DNA of 36,688 nucleotides from an uncultured Chlamydiae bacterium (GTDB lineage Bacteria; Chlamydiota; Chlamydiia; Chlamydiales; JAJFMA01): NCBI GenBank assembly GCA_945957095.1, contig CAMFKD010000002.1, positions 1 to 36,688 of the forward strand, read 5' to 3'. Shown piece by piece: positions 34,970 to 36,688 of this stretch (position 1 is its first letter; each line of letters starts with the position of its first letter). The notes under the pieces were generated by a model. It saw only the letters and a program-made list of their open reading frames with translations, ran no database searches and was not told where the DNA came from. The position numbers and the translations under genes were made by a program.

Positions 34970-36481
34970 ATGAAGCGTGTGTTATGGGTGTCGATGGCGT
35001 TTCTATCGATGTGTAGCGGGGTCTTGCATGCTGCTGAAGCGGAGCCAACACCAAAGAAAGAGGCAGCCAGCAAGTCGGAAGAGCTGAAAGAGGAATTCTC
35101 TGTCACACATCATACGGTTACTATTGATGGCAAACCTCTTCACTATACGGCTACAGCTGGCAATCTAGTGCTGAAGAGTGCTGATGGCAAGCCAGAAGCA
35201 AGTATCTTCTTCATTGCCTATACTAAAGACGACGAGAAGGAGCCAGCCAAACGTCCGGTCACTTTTGTTACGAATGGAGGGCCTGGTTCTTCGTCGGTAT
35301 GGTTGCACTTAGGGCTTCTTGGGCCCCGGCGTGTTTCTCTAAATGCTGATGGCACGACTCAAGCACCTTATCAGTTAGTGGATAATGAATATTCTGCGTT
35401 AGATCTGACGGATCTCGTATTTATTGATCCTGTCTCTTCCGGTTTCAGCCGCGCTGCGCCGGGCGTCGATCCTAAGCAGTTTCACAGTGTTGACGAAGAC
35501 GTCAAATGCCTTAGCGAGTTTATCCGTCTCTACATTACTCGTTATCACCGCTGGGATGCCCCGAAGTTTTTTGCTGGCGAAAGCTATGGGACAACTCGGG
35601 GGGCGGCACTGGCAGCGCATCTCCACGATGAGGAGCATATCTACCTGAGTGGATTGATCATGATTTCGACTGTGCTGAACTTCCAAAATATCGTCTTCGA
35701 TATGGGGAGCGACATACCTTTTATTCTGATTGCGCCTACCTATACTGCTGCCGCATGGTACCACAAAAAGCTCTCTCCTGAGCTACAGAGAAAAGAACTT
35801 TTGCCCTTGTTGAAAGAGGTAGAGACGTTTGCGTTAGGACCTTACGCTTCTAGCTTGATGAAAGGCGATCGGCTGTCTAAAAGTGAGCGCGCTGCTACTG
35901 TGCAGCAGTTGGCACGCTACACAGGGTTGTCGCCGGAGTTCATCGAACGGCAAAACCTTCGCGTTACCTTTTCACGATTCGCTAAGGAGTTGTTGCGCAA
36001 CCAAAAACGCGTTCTCGGCCGCTTTGACTGCACTTACACTGGCATCGACAATAATAGCTGTGGCGAATCGTATGAATTTGATCCCAGCGCTGATGTGGTT
36101 TTCGGTGTCTTCACCGCTTCCATCAACCATTACCTGGAAAAGGATCTTCAAGTCCAAAAAGATGAAAAGTATGATGTCCTCGCTAACGTCTGGCCATGGA
36201 ACTTTTCCACGAATTCCTATCTCAATGTGAGTAGCCAGCTCCGCGATGTGATGAGCCGCAACCCCAAAATGCAAGTCTTTGTCGGCAGCGGCATCTATGA
36301 CATGGCAACGCCTTATCTTACGGCAGATTATGCCTTTGACCACGTAGGGCTCGATCCCTCTCTAAAAAGTAACATCACCATGCGCAACTACATTGGTGGG
36401 CATATGATGTACATCCACATACCTTCTCTTAAACAGATGAAGGAAGATTTTACTGCTTTCTATAAGAAGGTGGCTTCTTAA
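34970..36481 (+). CDS. Secreted S10-family serine carboxypeptidase-like protein
   Basis: ATG at 34970 with GAGGAG about 10 nt upstream. The signal peptide is MKRVLWVSMAFLSMCSGVLHA. NGGPGSSS and the catalytic GESYG are present, with a C-terminal GGHM (His) context. Confidence 0.75.
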   Translation: MKRVLWVSMAFLSMCSGVLHAAEAEPTPKKEAASKSEELKEEFSVTHHTVTIDGKPLHYTATAGNLVLKSADGKPEASIFFIAYTKDDEKEPAKRPVTFVTNGGPGSSSVWLHLGLLGPRRVSLNADGTTQAPYQLVDNEYSALDLTDLVFIDPVSSGFSRAAPGVDPKQFHSVDEDVKCLSEFIRLYITRYHRWDAPKFFAGESYGTTRGAALAAHLHDEEHIYLSGLIMISTVLNFQNIVFDMGSDIPFILIAPTYTAAAWYHKKLSPELQRKELLPLLKEVETFALGPYASSLMKGDRLSKSERAATVQQLARYTGLSPEFIERQNLRVTFSRFAKELLRNQKRVLGRFDCTYTGIDNNSCGESYEFDPSADVVFGVFTASINHYLEKDLQVQKDEKYDVLANVWPWNFSTNSYLNVSSQLRDVMSRNPKMQVFVGSGIYDMATPYLTADYAFDHVGLDPSLKSNITMRNYIGGHMMYIHIPSLKQMKEDFTAFYKKVAS

Positions 36482-36491
36482 AGAGTCTCAT

Positions 36492-36616
36492 GTATGGGCG
36501 ATGGACATGGACAGCATGGACATAATAGACGTAATGGACTCAATAGACATTATGGACGTCTACGGTGTCCATTTCGTCTATTAAGTCCATGCTGTTCCTT
36601 GTCCATTGTCCATACC
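36492..36616. repeat. Long imperfect inverted repeat composed of ATGGAC/ATAGAC (left) and GTCCAT/GTCTAT (right) hexamers
   Basis: The left arm is 36492-36539 and the right arm is 36567-36616. Hand alignment gives about 45 of 52 complementary positions. There are five ATGGAC and two ATAGAC on the left, and four GTCCAT and one GTCTAT on the right. It starts 11 nt after the peptidase stop. Confidence 0.6.
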
Positions 36617-36688
36617 AGCAAGCTTACGCAAGCGGGCTTGTTGCATAATTCACCACTGACCCAACGAGATCAGCAGCAATTTCTGCTA

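Noticed and set aside
1-36688. Antisense or nested ORFs inside well-supported genes, for example 477..659, 809..1009, 826..1044, 838..1053, 969..1238, 1857..2120, 1977..2390, 3256..3489, 3994..4236, 4467..4796, 5360..5623, 8351..8824, 10940..11308, 24773..25072, 25271..25723, 26646..27107, 28802..29125, 35399..35764, 35972..36343.
   Set aside because: These are shadow ORFs on the opposite strand or in alternative frames of long conserved genes. They have no motifs, and overlapping a recognisable protein is the simplest explanation.
1-36688. Scan for CRISPR arrays, rRNA genes, integrases/transposases and restriction enzymes.
   Set aside because: I found no regularly spaced 25-40-nt direct repeats, no rRNA-like sequence, and no ORF with tyrosine/serine recombinase, DDE transposase or restriction-endonuclease motifs. 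The only methyltransferase has a small-molecule-type class I fold with no DNA-MTase motif IV (DPPY/PC) visible.

Overview
This 36.7-kb chromosomal window is roughly 48-50% G+C by eye, with visibly AT-richer patches. It most likely comes from a chlamydia-like bacterium. That is an inference from four things: a type-2 ileS convergent with an unusually long signal peptidase I (an arrangement I recall from Chlamydia), a ~415-nt tmRNA, a PIN-PhoH2 gene, and many secreted hypotheticals. All product calls rest on motif recognition only; no searches were run.

The housekeeping blocks are rmuC, comM and phoH2 (1-6.7 kb), a DUF853 ATPase and a GNAT (10.1-12.5 kb), and ileS, HAD, lepB, pncB-pncA, tRNA-Pro(CGG), yggU-like and an S10 peptidase (25.8-36.5 kb).

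The centre (about 13.0-24.7 kb) is an accessory mosaic built around ssrA (tmRNA, 19453-19867, minus strand). The 13-nt ssrA 3' end occurs four times, and no integrase is present. These copies delimit tandem island remnants carrying an AbiEi/AbiEii module with a double operator, a wHTH-Fic gene with a non-canonical active-site motif, a DUF5677-like gene, a small GNAT, a decayed rhuM and an orphan SAM methyltransferase. The Fic gene is preceded by seven GGCCGTA repeats. On the other side of ssrA lie a pseudo-ssrA 3' fragment and an AT-rich nucleoside-phosphorylase-like/amidase/MFS operon.

Two further items stand out. Downstream of phoH2 is a translationally coupled tandem pair of paralogues whose C-termini match the AvrB (Fido-fold type III effector) core as I recall it. 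At 2812-2982 is a textbook MITE with a 26-bp TIR and an 8-bp target-site duplication. No CRISPR array, rRNA or recombinase gene was seen.
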